64,000 nucleotides of DNA from Sphaerochaetaceae bacterium. Its GTDB lineage: Bacteria > Spirochaetota > Spirochaetia > Sphaerochaetales > Sphaerochaetaceae. Where the stretch lies: the NCBI GenBank assembly GCA_028700425.1, contig JAQVSP010000001.1, positions 1,237 through 65,236 of the forward strand, in the 5' to 3' direction. A program made the position numbers and the translations under genes. Positions within the stretch are counted from its first letter, which is position 1. The number at the start of each line of letters is the position of its first letter. Shown here in pieces: positions 9,061-17,489 of the stretch. The notes below the pieces were generated by a model. The model was not told where the DNA came from. It worked only from the letters and a program-made list of their open reading frames with translations, and did no database searches.

Positions 9061-10401
9061 CTACTCAGGTTTCACGCCCATTTGCTGCAAGAGCGCTGCC
9101 TGGTACTTTTTATTCTTGGCGATCTTCTTCATCTGAAGCCGCAATTTCTCAAATTTCTTCAATAGCCGGCTTACATCGCTGAGGTTGGTTCCGCTTCCCT
9201 TAGCAATTCTCTTCCGACGAGCCGGACCTATTATATAGGAATTCTTCCTTTCAGAAAAGGTCATTGACTGGATAATTGCCTTTTCTTGGAGCAATTCCTT
9301 CTTGTCAATGTCATCTTCGCTTATAGAGGCGCCCCCAGGAAGCATCTGGGCAAGCTTCTCGATGCCTCCCATCTTGGTCATGCTCTCCAGCTGCTCAAGG
9401 TAGTCCCCAAGATCGAAGGCGCTTTTGGCCATCTTCTCCTGAAGCTTGAGAGCCTTCTCCTGGTCGAAGGTCTCCTGGGCTTTCTCAACCAGGCTGACTA
9501 CATCTCCCATCCCAAGTATTCGGCTTGCGATGCGGTCTGGATAGAAGATCTCAAGATCCTCCATCTTCTCTCCGACTCCAATGAACTTGACCGGCTTGCC
9601 GACAACGCCCATGATGGACATGGCCGCTCCGCCTCTGGTATCAGAATCGAACTTGGAAAGGACCACTCCGGTTATTCCCACCTTCTGCTCGAATTCCTGG
9701 GCTATGATGACAGCATTCTGGCCAGTCATGGCATCGCTGACAAAGAGCTTCTCTTCGGGCTTGATGGCGCTGGCTATGTTCACGATCTCAGCCATGAGCT
9801 GGTCGTCAAGGTGCATTCTTCCGCTTGTATCGACGATCAAGGTGTCATACTGGCCCTTTCTCGCCTTTTCAAGAGCGTTGCGTGCAACCTTTACCGGGTC
9901 CTTGGCTCCTTCCTCGCTGTAGAGCGGAACCTTCACCTGGTCCGCAAGGATCTGAAGCTGAAGCACTGCTGCTGGACGAACCAGGTCGCAGGCTGCCAGC
10001 ATGACTCGCCTTCCCTGCCTTGAAAGCTTGAGAGCAAGCTTGGCTGCAGTTGTGGTCTTTCCAGAGCCCTGAAGGCCCATCATGAGTATGACGCTTGTTA
10101 CATCAGGTCCCTTCAGCTCCAGGTTCTGCGATCCTTCTCCGCCAAGAAGGCTCACCATCTTGTCATAGACGATCTTTACAAACTGCTGGCCAGGGTCAAC
10201 GGCATTCAGGACCTTCTCGCCCTTTGCCTCCTCTGCTGTCTGGTTTATGAAGCGCCTTACAACACGAAGGTTCACATCGGCATCTATAAGGGCCGTCTTG
10301 ATCACTTCCATGGCGTCGCTGATATTCTTCTCGGATATCTTGGACTTGCCTGAAAGGCTTCTTAAAAGATTGCTGAACTTCTGACTGAGTGACTCAAACA
10401 T
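9061..10401 (-). CDS. ffh: signal recognition particle protein Ffh
   Basis: GLQGSGKTTTAAKLA, DTSGR and SKFD G motifs, plus a Met-rich M domain. Confidence 0.95.
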   Translation of the reverse strand: MFESLSQKFSNLLRSLSGKSKISEKNISDAMEVIKTALIDADVNLRVVRRFINQTAEEAKGEKVLNAVDPGQQFVKIVYDKMVSLLGGEGSQNLELKGPDVTSVILMMGLQGSGKTTTAAKLALKLSRQGRRVMLAACDLVRPAAVLQLQILADQVKVPLYSEEGAKDPVKVARNALEKARKGQYDTLIVDTSGRMHLDDQLMAEIVNIASAIKPEEKLFVSDAMTGQNAVIIAQEFEQKVGITGVVLSKFDSDTRGGAAMSIMGVVGKPVKFIGVGEKMEDLEIFYPDRIASRILGMGDVVSLVEKAQETFDQEKALKLQEKMAKSAFDLGDYLEQLESMTKMGGIEKLAQMLPGGASISEDDIDKKELLQEKAIIQSMTFSERKNSYIIGPARRKRIAKGSGTNLSDVSRLLKKFEKLRLQMKKIAKNKKYQAALLQQMGVKPE

Positions 10402-10468
10402 AACTTATAATTTATAAAACAATTTACCCTATTGTGTCAACGAAATGGCAGGCAGGACAAGCTCAGTA

Positions 10469-13243
10469 TCAATATACGCCTTGCATATTCGGCTCGCTTC
10501 CAAGACGGAAGCTGACTGAGGTGGACACTCCAGGCTCCTCCTGCACGACTCCAAGCAAGGTTGAGGCTGCAGTGGCTGTAGCCTTGTTATGGGTTATGAT
10601 TATGAACTGGCTCTTCTCGCCGAACACATCAAGAACCGACATGAAGGCTCCAATGTTCCTTCTGTCAAGAGCTGCATCTATCTCGTCCAGGATGCAGAAG
10701 GGAGATGGCTTGACCATGTAGGTTGCAAACAGCAGGGCAACGGCGGTCATCGATCTTTCTCCTCCGCTTAGAAGAGAAAGCGGGTTCATCTTCTTTCCAG
10801 GCGGCTGAGCGCTGATGATTATTCCGCTTTCCAGCGGGTTGTCGGGATCCTCAAGCTCCAGGGCGGCCTTGCCGCCGGACAGCAGCTTGGAGAACATCTC
10901 CTGGAAGGCTTCGCTGATCTTGGTGTAGGTCTCCATGAAGAGGTCCTCGCTTTGCTTGCGGATCTGCTCAATGACAGTAAGCAGGTCCTCCTTGGCCTTG
11001 TTCAGGTCAGCAAGGTTGCCAGACAAAAAGTCGTACTTGGTCTTTGCTTCCTGAAACTCGTCCTCGGCCATCTCGTTGACAAAGCCAAAGGCTGCAATCT
11101 TGCGTTTAAGCTCATCCAGGCGCTGCCTTAGCTCTTCCGGATTCTCGCTGATCTGGCGGGATTCAAATTCATGAAGGTTCTTGCCAGTGGAATCAAAGAA
11201 GGAGGAATAGGCTGCGCTTATCTGCTCAGCAAGGTTGGCTATGTTGGTTTCAAGCTTGATCTTCTCATTGCCAAGCGTTGTGATCTGGTCAAAGAGAGAG
11301 CTCAGAAGGCTGTCATGGCCGCTGATTCTCCTGTTAAGCTCGTCTATCTGGTTTCCGACCTCAGAAAGCAGCTCTCTCTGGCTGGCGATCCTGTCAGCAG
11401 AATCAGCCATTTCAGCCTTTGTCTGCCTGATGTCATCAAGAGCCTTCTCAATGTTGGCATCCTCGCTGTCCATAGCCTGAAGGGCTTCGTCATAGTTGTC
11501 CCTTCTCTCCTCCAGCTGGCTCTTGAACTCCTCAATGGCTCGCTGGGCGCTTGCACACTGGTAGGAAAGATCATTGTTGGCAATCACCTGGCTTGAAAGC
11601 GCCTCGCTCTTTGAGCTTATCAGGGTTTCAAGGCGCTCTATCTCAACTCCAAGCTTCTCTATGGAGGACCTGTCCAGCGCAATCTGGTCTGCAACCTCGC
11701 TGTATTGCTTGTCCAGCAGCCTCTTCTGGGCGATGATGCCGCTTGGAGAGAGAAGATCATCTATGAAGTTTGGCACCGTTCCTGAGTATTCCTGGAAAAG
11801 GCCGTTGAGCTCGTCTAGGTCATCCCTTATCTGCTCGAAGGTCATGGAAACCGCATTATCCTGGGCATCGGTTCCAAGGACGCCCTTGATGAAGTCCTCC
11901 TTCTCAAGGATGGCCTTTCTCATCTGTCCTAGCTTTGACAGGAAGGATCTCTCTGCATCAAGGCGCACCCTTGAGCTGTAGCCGCTTCCCTTCAGCTTCT
12001 CATCCAGCTGGCTGACTATCTCGCCGGTAAGAGATGTAAGGCTCATGGTGAACTCGTGCAGCTTTGACTCTCCAAGGCTTACAGACTTCTCAAGCTCGCC
12101 TATCTCAGATCTTCTTCTGTCCTTCTGGCTCTTGGATTCTGCAAGCTCGCTCTCAAGCCTCTTCTGCAAGGCCAGGCCATCAAGATATCGGTTCTTAAGG
12201 TCGCTGATTCTCTCAAGCCGCTGGTTCATCTGGTCCTGGGCATTGTCCAGGATCTCCTTGTTCCTTGTGACTCTCTCAGCAATCTGGGCCTTGCGCGTCT
12301 TGTACTCATAAAGCCTGTCGTTCTGATAATCAAGGGTTCTCTGATAGCCCTTGACCTGCTCATCCAAGGCAGCTATTCGGCTTGTTATGTCGCTCTTGCG
12401 ATCCTGAGCCTCTCTTAGGTCCTCCTGCTCCTGGCTTGAGGAGGACTTGAAGCTCTCCTGCTTTTCCAAGGCGTCGGCCAATGCACTTGAGGCATCCTCA
12501 AGCCTTTTAGCCAAGGAATCCTTAAGCATGCCGTAGGTCTGTATAGTCGAGAGCTGAAGGCTTATCTCGCAATCCAGCACCTCAGCCTTGGCCTCATGAT
12601 AGGATCTTGTACGAGAGGCCTGGACCTTTCTGCTGTCGTAGGTCCTCTTGACCTCGGCAAGCACGCTTTCAACCTGGAAGATGTTTCTTTCAGTGTTCTC
12701 AAGCTTGCGCTGGCTTTCGGCGGTCTGAACCTTGAAGCGCGATATCCCGGCGGCTTCCTCAAAGACGTATCTTCTCTCCTCAGGCTTGTTGGACAGGATC
12801 AGGTCGATCTTTCCCTGCTCAAGGATCGAGTAGGCTGACTTGCCCACTCCAGTGTCCATGAAAAGCTCCTTGACATTCTTAAGAAGGCATCTTTGGCCAT
12901 TGATCTGGTACTCTGACTCGCCGTTTCTGAAAAGGCGTCGCAAGATGCTGACTTCAGGATAGTCGATCTGCAGTATTCCTTCCTCGTTGTCGATGACCAG
13001 CAGCACCTCGGCCATCTGCATAGGCTTGCGAAGGGCTGTGCCGTTGAAGATCACATCCTCTCTCTTGGAAGCTCTGAGGCTCTTGATGTTCTGCTCTCCC
13101 AGAACCCACTTTATGGCATCTACGACATTGCTCTTGCCGCACCCGTTGGGTCCAAGAAGCGCAGTGATGCCATCGGCGAAGTCGAATCTGGTTCTCTCTG
13201 GGAATGATTTGAAGCCGAATAGTTCAAGATACTTTAAGAACAC
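10469..13243 (-). CDS. smc: chromosome segregation protein SMC (compact, 924 aa)
   Basis: GTG start. N-terminal LLGPNGCGKSNVVDA Walker A, long coiled coils, and C-terminal LSGGERSMTAVALLFA signature plus ILDEIDAALD Walker B. Confidence 0.9.
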   Translation of the reverse strand: MFLKYLELFGFKSFPERTRFDFADGITALLGPNGCGKSNVVDAIKWVLGEQNIKSLRASKREDVIFNGTALRKPMQMAEVLLVIDNEEGILQIDYPEVSILRRLFRNGESEYQINGQRCLLKNVKELFMDTGVGKSAYSILEQGKIDLILSNKPEERRYVFEEAAGISRFKVQTAESQRKLENTERNIFQVESVLAEVKRTYDSRKVQASRTRSYHEAKAEVLDCEISLQLSTIQTYGMLKDSLAKRLEDASSALADALEKQESFKSSSSQEQEDLREAQDRKSDITSRIAALDEQVKGYQRTLDYQNDRLYEYKTRKAQIAERVTRNKEILDNAQDQMNQRLERISDLKNRYLDGLALQKRLESELAESKSQKDRRRSEIGELEKSVSLGESKLHEFTMSLTSLTGEIVSQLDEKLKGSGYSSRVRLDAERSFLSKLGQMRKAILEKEDFIKGVLGTDAQDNAVSMTFEQIRDDLDELNGLFQEYSGTVPNFIDDLLSPSGIIAQKRLLDKQYSEVADQIALDRSSIEKLGVEIERLETLISSKSEALSSQVIANNDLSYQCASAQRAIEEFKSQLEERRDNYDEALQAMDSEDANIEKALDDIRQTKAEMADSADRIASQRELLSEVGNQIDELNRRISGHDSLLSSLFDQITTLGNEKIKLETNIANLAEQISAAYSSFFDSTGKNLHEFESRQISENPEELRQRLDELKRKIAAFGFVNEMAEDEFQEAKTKYDFLSGNLADLNKAKEDLLTVIEQIRKQSEDLFMETYTKISEAFQEMFSKLLSGGKAALELEDPDNPLESGIIISAQPPGKKMNPLSLLSGGERSMTAVALLFATYMVKPSPFCILDEIDAALDRRNIGAFMSVLDVFGEKSQFIIITHNKATATAASTLLGVVQEEPGVSTSVSFRLGSEPNMQGVY

Positions 13244-13300
13244 TGTTATTTCCTTTTTCCTTGCTAGGGAATATTATCATAAATAAGAAACGAGGTGTAT

Positions 13301-13885
13301 ATGTCTGATGGATTTCTTTTCGATGTGGATCCGGGGCTTGTCTGCGGCAGCGACGAGGCCGGCAGAGGACCCTTGGCTGGACCTGTCTATGCAGCTTCCG
13401 TTGTACTGCCTTCTGACTTTCCTGTCGAGATCCTTGGAGATTCCAAGGCCTTGAGCCTCAAGAGAAGGCTCTATGCTGAAGCCATCATAAAGGAAAAGGC
13501 TGTATGGGCAGTTAGCTTCTGCACAGCAGAGGAGATTGACAGGATCAACATACTCCAGGCTTCCCTGCTTGCCATGGCCAAGAGCGCACAGAAGGTTCAT
13601 GAGAAGGCCGCGTTTGACTGTCTGCTGGTGGATGGCAACAAGAAGCCTCTTGTCCCATGGCCCTGCAATGCTATAGTCAAGGGAGATGCAACCATACCTC
13701 AGATAATGGCTGCATCGATTCTAGCCAAGTGCGCAAGGGACCGCTTCATGGAGAGCGCCGCGCTGAAGTGGCCTCATTATGGCTTTGAAGTGAACAAGGG
13801 CTACCCTACCAAGGCTCACAGGCAAGCTTGCCTTGAATGGGGCCTATGCCCTATTCACAGAAGGACCTTCACTCTTCGTCCGTGA
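13301..13885 (+). CDS. rnhB: ribonuclease HII
   Basis: GSDEAGRGPLAGPV motif. ATG at 13301 with GAGG 5 nt upstream is preferred to the GTG at 13295. Confidence 0.9.
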   Translation: MSDGFLFDVDPGLVCGSDEAGRGPLAGPVYAASVVLPSDFPVEILGDSKALSLKRRLYAEAIIKEKAVWAVSFCTAEEIDRINILQASLLAMAKSAQKVHEKAAFDCLLVDGNKKPLVPWPCNAIVKGDATIPQIMAASILAKCARDRFMESAALKWPHYGFEVNKGYPTKAHRQACLEWGLCPIHRRTFTLRP

Positions 13886-14114
13886 CCTTTGCATTCTTCT
13901 TTACATAGTCGACGCCCTTGCCAAGCTCTCTTAGGAACTGGCCAAGATCCTCTGGATAGATGATGATCGATTGGCGTATGAACTTGCCTTCGCTCTGCTT
14001 GGACTCAACCACGTTGAGATAGATGTCGCCACGGATATTCTCCTTCACATTGAAGAAGTAAGTCCTGTCCCTTGTCTGAAAACTAGAGGAGTAAACCTCA
14101 CCTCTCTGTCCCAT
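13869..14114 (-). CDS. PUR-alpha-like nucleic-acid-binding protein (DUF3276 family)
   Basis: EVYSSSFQTRDRTYFFNVKENIRGDIYLNVVESKQ...IIIYPEDLGQFL matches the single PUR repeat known from the Borrelia PUR-alpha homologue. Sits in the smc-rnhB-PUR synteny. AGGAGG lies 6 nt upstream of the ATG at 14114. Confidence 0.7.
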   Translation of the reverse strand: MGQRGEVYSSSFQTRDRTYFFNVKENIRGDIYLNVVESKQSEGKFIRQSIIIYPEDLGQFLRELGKGVDYVKKNAKVTDEE

Positions 14115-14136
14115 GATCAGCCTCCTGCCTTCTGGC

Positions 14137-14161
14137 AAAAAAAAATCCCGTCGACCGGGAT
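14137..14161 (-). terminator. rho-independent terminator immediately 3' of tRNA-Gly
   Basis: Reverse strand reads ATCCCG-GTCGA-CGGGAT followed by nine T. Confidence 0.7.
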
Positions 14162-14164
14162 CTT

Positions 14165-14235
14165 AGCATCCGACGGGAGTCGAACCCGCGTCTTCAGCTT
14201 GGAGGGCTGAGGTAATACCGTTATACCACAGATGC
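14165..14235 (-). tRNA. tRNA-Gly (anticodon UCC)
   Basis: Reverse complement is GCATCTGTGGTATAACGGTATTACCTCAGCCCTCCAAGCTGAAGACGCGGGTTCGACTCCCGTCGGATGCT. It folds as a cloverleaf and aligns closely with E. coli tRNA-Gly(UCC). The anticodon loop is CCTCCAA. No CCA is encoded. Confidence 0.85.
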
Positions 14236-14247
14236 AATACACAAAGC

Positions 14248-14276
14248 TTTATACAGAAAAGCTGGTTTTTCGTCAA
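14248..14276 (-). promoter_or_regulatory. candidate sigma-70 promoter of tRNA-Gly
   Basis: Reverse strand reads TTGACG-17 nt-TATAAA, ending 12 nt before the mature 5' end. Confidence 0.5.
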
Positions 14277-14494
14277 GCCGTTGGGTTGAAGATTATCAAT
14301 AATAATCATTTTCCCTGCAATGAGCCTTGTCATTGGTTTCATTAATGCAGCCTGAAGTTGCTTCACCGCATGATCCTTGGCATCGAGCAATTGCCTGCTC
14401 TGGCTCTCCTTGATTGCAGTCCAGGGCGCAATTATAGGCGAGGCTCTTAGTTCCCAGTCTTGAAAGTAAATGTTCAAAGCCTTATCCTAGTGCC

Positions 14495-15490
14495 ATGAAA
14501 ATCAGCTTTGACGATTATTGCTCAAGGGTCATAAAGGACCTTCTCAAGCTTGAGGGCGGAGAGGCCCTCCATATAAATGTAGATGAAGCCAACACGGTCT
14601 ATGCCTCGCGCCTTGCACAGAAGGCGGCCAATATCACTGGAGTTGCCAGCCAGCTGGTGATCCTGCAGTCAGGCCGTCCCATGGATGTCATGAGCTTTGA
14701 GCCTGAGCTCTTTGCCCCTGCCCAGGCCTTCACCAGGCCTGTCCTGCTGCATCTAAAGGGCGGTGAAAGCTACTTTGGCTCTGAGGAGCTTGGATTCATG
14801 GCTCGTCATGGCCATCTCAGCGATCCAGCGGACTTCACCAGGACCATAACCGTTCCCTACTCTGTCCTGCAGGCCTACGACGATGATTTTGAGGGCTTTG
14901 CCTACAGCCTTGAGAAAGAGAATGCAATTCAGAGTGCACAGAAGGAGCTGAACAGGCTTGCTATGAGAAGGATCCACATCGAAGGTCCTGGCACTGATTT
15001 GGTTCTGGCTCCGCTTAGGGACAGCCTCTGGATATCGCCCTTGATCAACCTTGGCTCCAGGGCTTTCTGGGAAAGCGATGGGAGCTTTTCCCTTCAGATA
15101 AGCCTTGACAGCGCCATAGGCGAAGGGCGGGCAAGGCTTAGATCTTCAATCCTTTCCCAGAGCTTTGACCTTGATCTCATTTTCAAGAGTGGCAGGGTCT
15201 GCAACTCCCTGCTTCAGGAAGAAGGTGTCAAGGAGTTTCTGAACAGGGATGAGGACCTCAAGCGCTCAGGCTATCTTAGCCTGGAGGACGGCTCTGTGGC
15301 TCTTGCCCTGGGCGGTGGGCTTCCCCGGTCATACAACGGCCCAAGCCTTGAGGATGAGCAGGTTCCAGAGGGCTTTAACAGCTGCATCTATCGTCTTGTC
15401 TGCACACTTGAGGCCGACAGGATCACTGCAGTCCTTCCAGACAGGTCTGAAAGAGTCATCTATGAAAAGGGCAAGGCTTGCTTAAGCTGA
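14495..15490 (+). CDS. M29 aminopeptidase-like protein, divergent and probably non-catalytic paralogue
   Basis: Co-linear weak similarity to the downstream M29 enzyme, but 74 aa shorter. It lacks the C-terminal GEVALV / DENASCHIALG / HTDFMIG metal-site blocks. Confidence 0.5.
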   Translation: MKISFDDYCSRVIKDLLKLEGGEALHINVDEANTVYASRLAQKAANITGVASQLVILQSGRPMDVMSFEPELFAPAQAFTRPVLLHLKGGESYFGSEELGFMARHGHLSDPADFTRTITVPYSVLQAYDDDFEGFAYSLEKENAIQSAQKELNRLAMRRIHIEGPGTDLVLAPLRDSLWISPLINLGSRAFWESDGSFSLQISLDSAIGEGRARLRSSILSQSFDLDLIFKSGRVCNSLLQEEGVKEFLNRDEDLKRSGYLSLEDGSVALALGGGLPRSYNGPSLEDEQVPEGFNSCIYRLVCTLEADRITAVLPDRSERVIYEKGKACLS

Positions 15491-15499
15491 GGAGCTATT

Positions 15500-16717
15500 A
15501 TGGATATCAAGAGCATCAATGAGAAGTATGCCAGCCTGGTGCTGGATTTCGGACTTAACCTGGACAAGGGCCGCGGAGTGCTTATTACCACCCCGATAAG
15601 CGCCTATGACTTTGCCCTTGAGCTTGCACGCCAGGCTTACGACAGGGGTGCAGGCTATGTTCATATAAAGCCGGAGACTGTTCTTCTTGACAAGTACAGA
15701 AGCACCTGCCAGACAAGAGAGCAGATGGCTGAAATCCCAGGCTTCATAGCCGACATGTTCAAGTATATTGGAGAAAATGACTGGGCGACCATTTCAATCG
15801 ATCCAGTCTCATCAGACAATGTCAAGGCTGCTCTTGACCGAGAAGGCTATGATGCCTACAGGTCGGAGCTTCTGAAGGTCCAGAAGCCTTGGAGAGATAA
15901 GGCCATGTGCAACCAGTCTCCCTGGTGCGTTGTCGCCTACCCTGATGATTTTTGGTCCAGCATGATCCTTGGCCAGGACAAGAAGGCAGTCGACCTGTTT
16001 GAGAGACTGCTGCCAATCCTGCATCTTGACAGCGAGGATCCAGTGGCCATGTGGAAAAAGGACTCTGACAATCTTCAAGCAAGGCGTGCAAGGCTCACCA
16101 AGCTGGGCATAGAGAGCCTGCACTACACAAGCTCGGTGACCGACCTGACAATCGGCCTAGGCAGGAAAGCTGTGTTTCAGGGCGGATCGGCCGACCTTCC
16201 AGATGGAAGGTGGTTCAACCCAAACATTCCCACCGCCGAGGTCTTCACAGCCCCTGACAAGTACATGGCTGAAGGCTATGTGAAGACCACAAGGCCAGTA
16301 AGCGTCAAGGGAGAGAGCACTCTTGGAGTCACTCTTACCTTTAGAGATGGCAAGGTAATCGATGTGAAGGCAGAGGAAGGGCTTGATGTGATGCAGCGCT
16401 ATCTAGCCAAGCAAGGAGCAGACCGGATAGGAGAGGTCGCACTGGTCGACGAGTCAAGCCCCATTGCCCAGGCAGGCCTGGTCTTCAAGTCCATCCTCTA
16501 TGATGAGAATGCATCCTGCCACATAGCCCTTGGAGCTGGATACCCTGACTGCATATCCTCAGCCATAGAGAGCGAGGCTGACTATGAGGCCAATCACCTG
16601 AACCACAGCCTTGAGCATACCGATTTCATGATCGGCTCAAGGGACATGGACATAGAAGCCACCACCTATGATGGCAAGACTGTTCAGATAATGAGAAAGG
16701 GAAGATTTACAATCTGA
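15500..16717 (+). CDS. aminopeptidase, peptidase family M29 (AmpS/PepS-like)
   Basis: EVFTAP, RIGEVALVDE, YDENASCHIALGAGY and LEHTDFMIG blocks. GGAG lies upstream. Confidence 0.85.
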   Translation: MDIKSINEKYASLVLDFGLNLDKGRGVLITTPISAYDFALELARQAYDRGAGYVHIKPETVLLDKYRSTCQTREQMAEIPGFIADMFKYIGENDWATISIDPVSSDNVKAALDREGYDAYRSELLKVQKPWRDKAMCNQSPWCVVAYPDDFWSSMILGQDKKAVDLFERLLPILHLDSEDPVAMWKKDSDNLQARRARLTKLGIESLHYTSSVTDLTIGLGRKAVFQGGSADLPDGRWFNPNIPTAEVFTAPDKYMAEGYVKTTRPVSVKGESTLGVTLTFRDGKVIDVKAEEGLDVMQRYLAKQGADRIGEVALVDESSPIAQAGLVFKSILYDENASCHIALGAGYPDCISSAIESEADYEANHLNHSLEHTDFMIGSRDMDIEATTYDGKTVQIMRKGRFTI

Positions 16718-17482
16718 TCACTGATTGAGCTGCGAAAGAAGCCTTAGGCCGTTGAGGGTATGGTCCCTGTCAACCAGGTCGATCTCGCTTATCAATGAGC
16801 TGATCGTGGTTGCAAGCCCGCCTGTTGCAATGACATAGGGCTTCTTCCCTATTTCCTCGGAAGCCCTTCTTATCAAGGCTGACGCCAAGCCGCTGTAGCC
16901 TATCATGATGCCGCTGCGTATTGAGGACTCGCTGTCCATGCCAAGAACCCTTGAAGGCACCTTTAGCTCAACCTGCTTAAGCTGTGCTGTATTGCCCGCA
17001 AGCGCCTTGACAGCTGTCACCAGCCCAGGCGCTATGGAGGCGCCAAGCACTCTTCCGTTCTCATCCACTGCGCTGAGGGTCAAGGCTGTGCCAAAGTCCA
17101 TTACGATGCAGGGACCTTGCGGGTGCATGTCATGAGCCTGAGCCAGGTTGCAGAGTATGTCCGAGCCCATTTCAATGGGTATTGTCTCTTTTACAAGACC
17201 GCTGTCAAGATCATGGCTGACAATCATTGCATTAAGTGCGAACACCTTATATACAGCCTTGGCAACCGACCTGGTGAGAGCTGGAACTACAGAGGCTACA
17301 ATGGCCTTGTCTATGATTCCAAGCTCAAGGCCTGTGGAGTTGAAGAGCTCTCTCAAGGAGAGGAAAAGCTCATCTGAAGTGGACGCTGGATCGGTATGGA
17401 TTCGCCACACATTGATCCAATTGTCGCCATCGTGTATTGCGATGACTATGTTTGTGTTTCCGATGTCTATTGCAAGCAGCAT
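16718..17482 (-). CDS. coaX: type III pantothenate kinase
   Basis: MLLAIDIGNTNIVIA and MDFGTALT actin-fold motifs. Confidence 0.9.
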   Translation of the reverse strand: MLLAIDIGNTNIVIAIHDGDNWINVWRIHTDPASTSDELFLSLRELFNSTGLELGIIDKAIVASVVPALTRSVAKAVYKVFALNAMIVSHDLDSGLVKETIPIEMGSDILCNLAQAHDMHPQGPCIVMDFGTALTLSAVDENGRVLGASIAPGLVTAVKALAGNTAQLKQVELKVPSRVLGMDSESSIRSGIMIGYSGLASALIRRASEEIGKKPYVIATGGLATTISSLISEIDLVDRDHTLNGLRLLSQLNQ

Positions 17483-17489
17483 GTGCCTA

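Noticed and set aside
9286-10023. A 245-aa ORF antisense to ffh. Similar antisense ORFs occur at 18462..19100 (ABC-F), 42037..42705 (FlhF-like), 22625..23191 and 23185..23790 (ppdK), and 31478..32050 (regulator).
   Set aside because: The same reasoning applies. Each is nested in a gene with strong motif support on the other strand, and none has family resemblance or translation signals.
10469-13243. SMC is only 924 aa, compared with about 1180 aa in many bacteria, so it might be truncated.
   Set aside because: Both head halves are intact (Walker A at the N-terminus; signature and Walker B at the C-terminus), and the reading frame is continuous. Spirochaete SMC homologues are known to be short. 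The difference is a shorter coiled coil, not a truncation.
14277-14459. An ORF-free stretch of about 180 bp between the tRNA-Gly promoter and the M29-like gene promoter might encode a small RNA.
   Set aside because: I could not recognise SRP RNA, 6S, tmRNA, RNase P or riboswitch signatures. I also found no stable hairpin-plus-U-tract defining a 3' end. A covariance-model scan (Rfam) would be needed, so I make no claim.
14163-14477. A 104-aa ORF on the minus strand.
   Set aside because: It overlaps tRNA-Gly and that tRNA's promoter. The tRNA cloverleaf explains the sequence far better.
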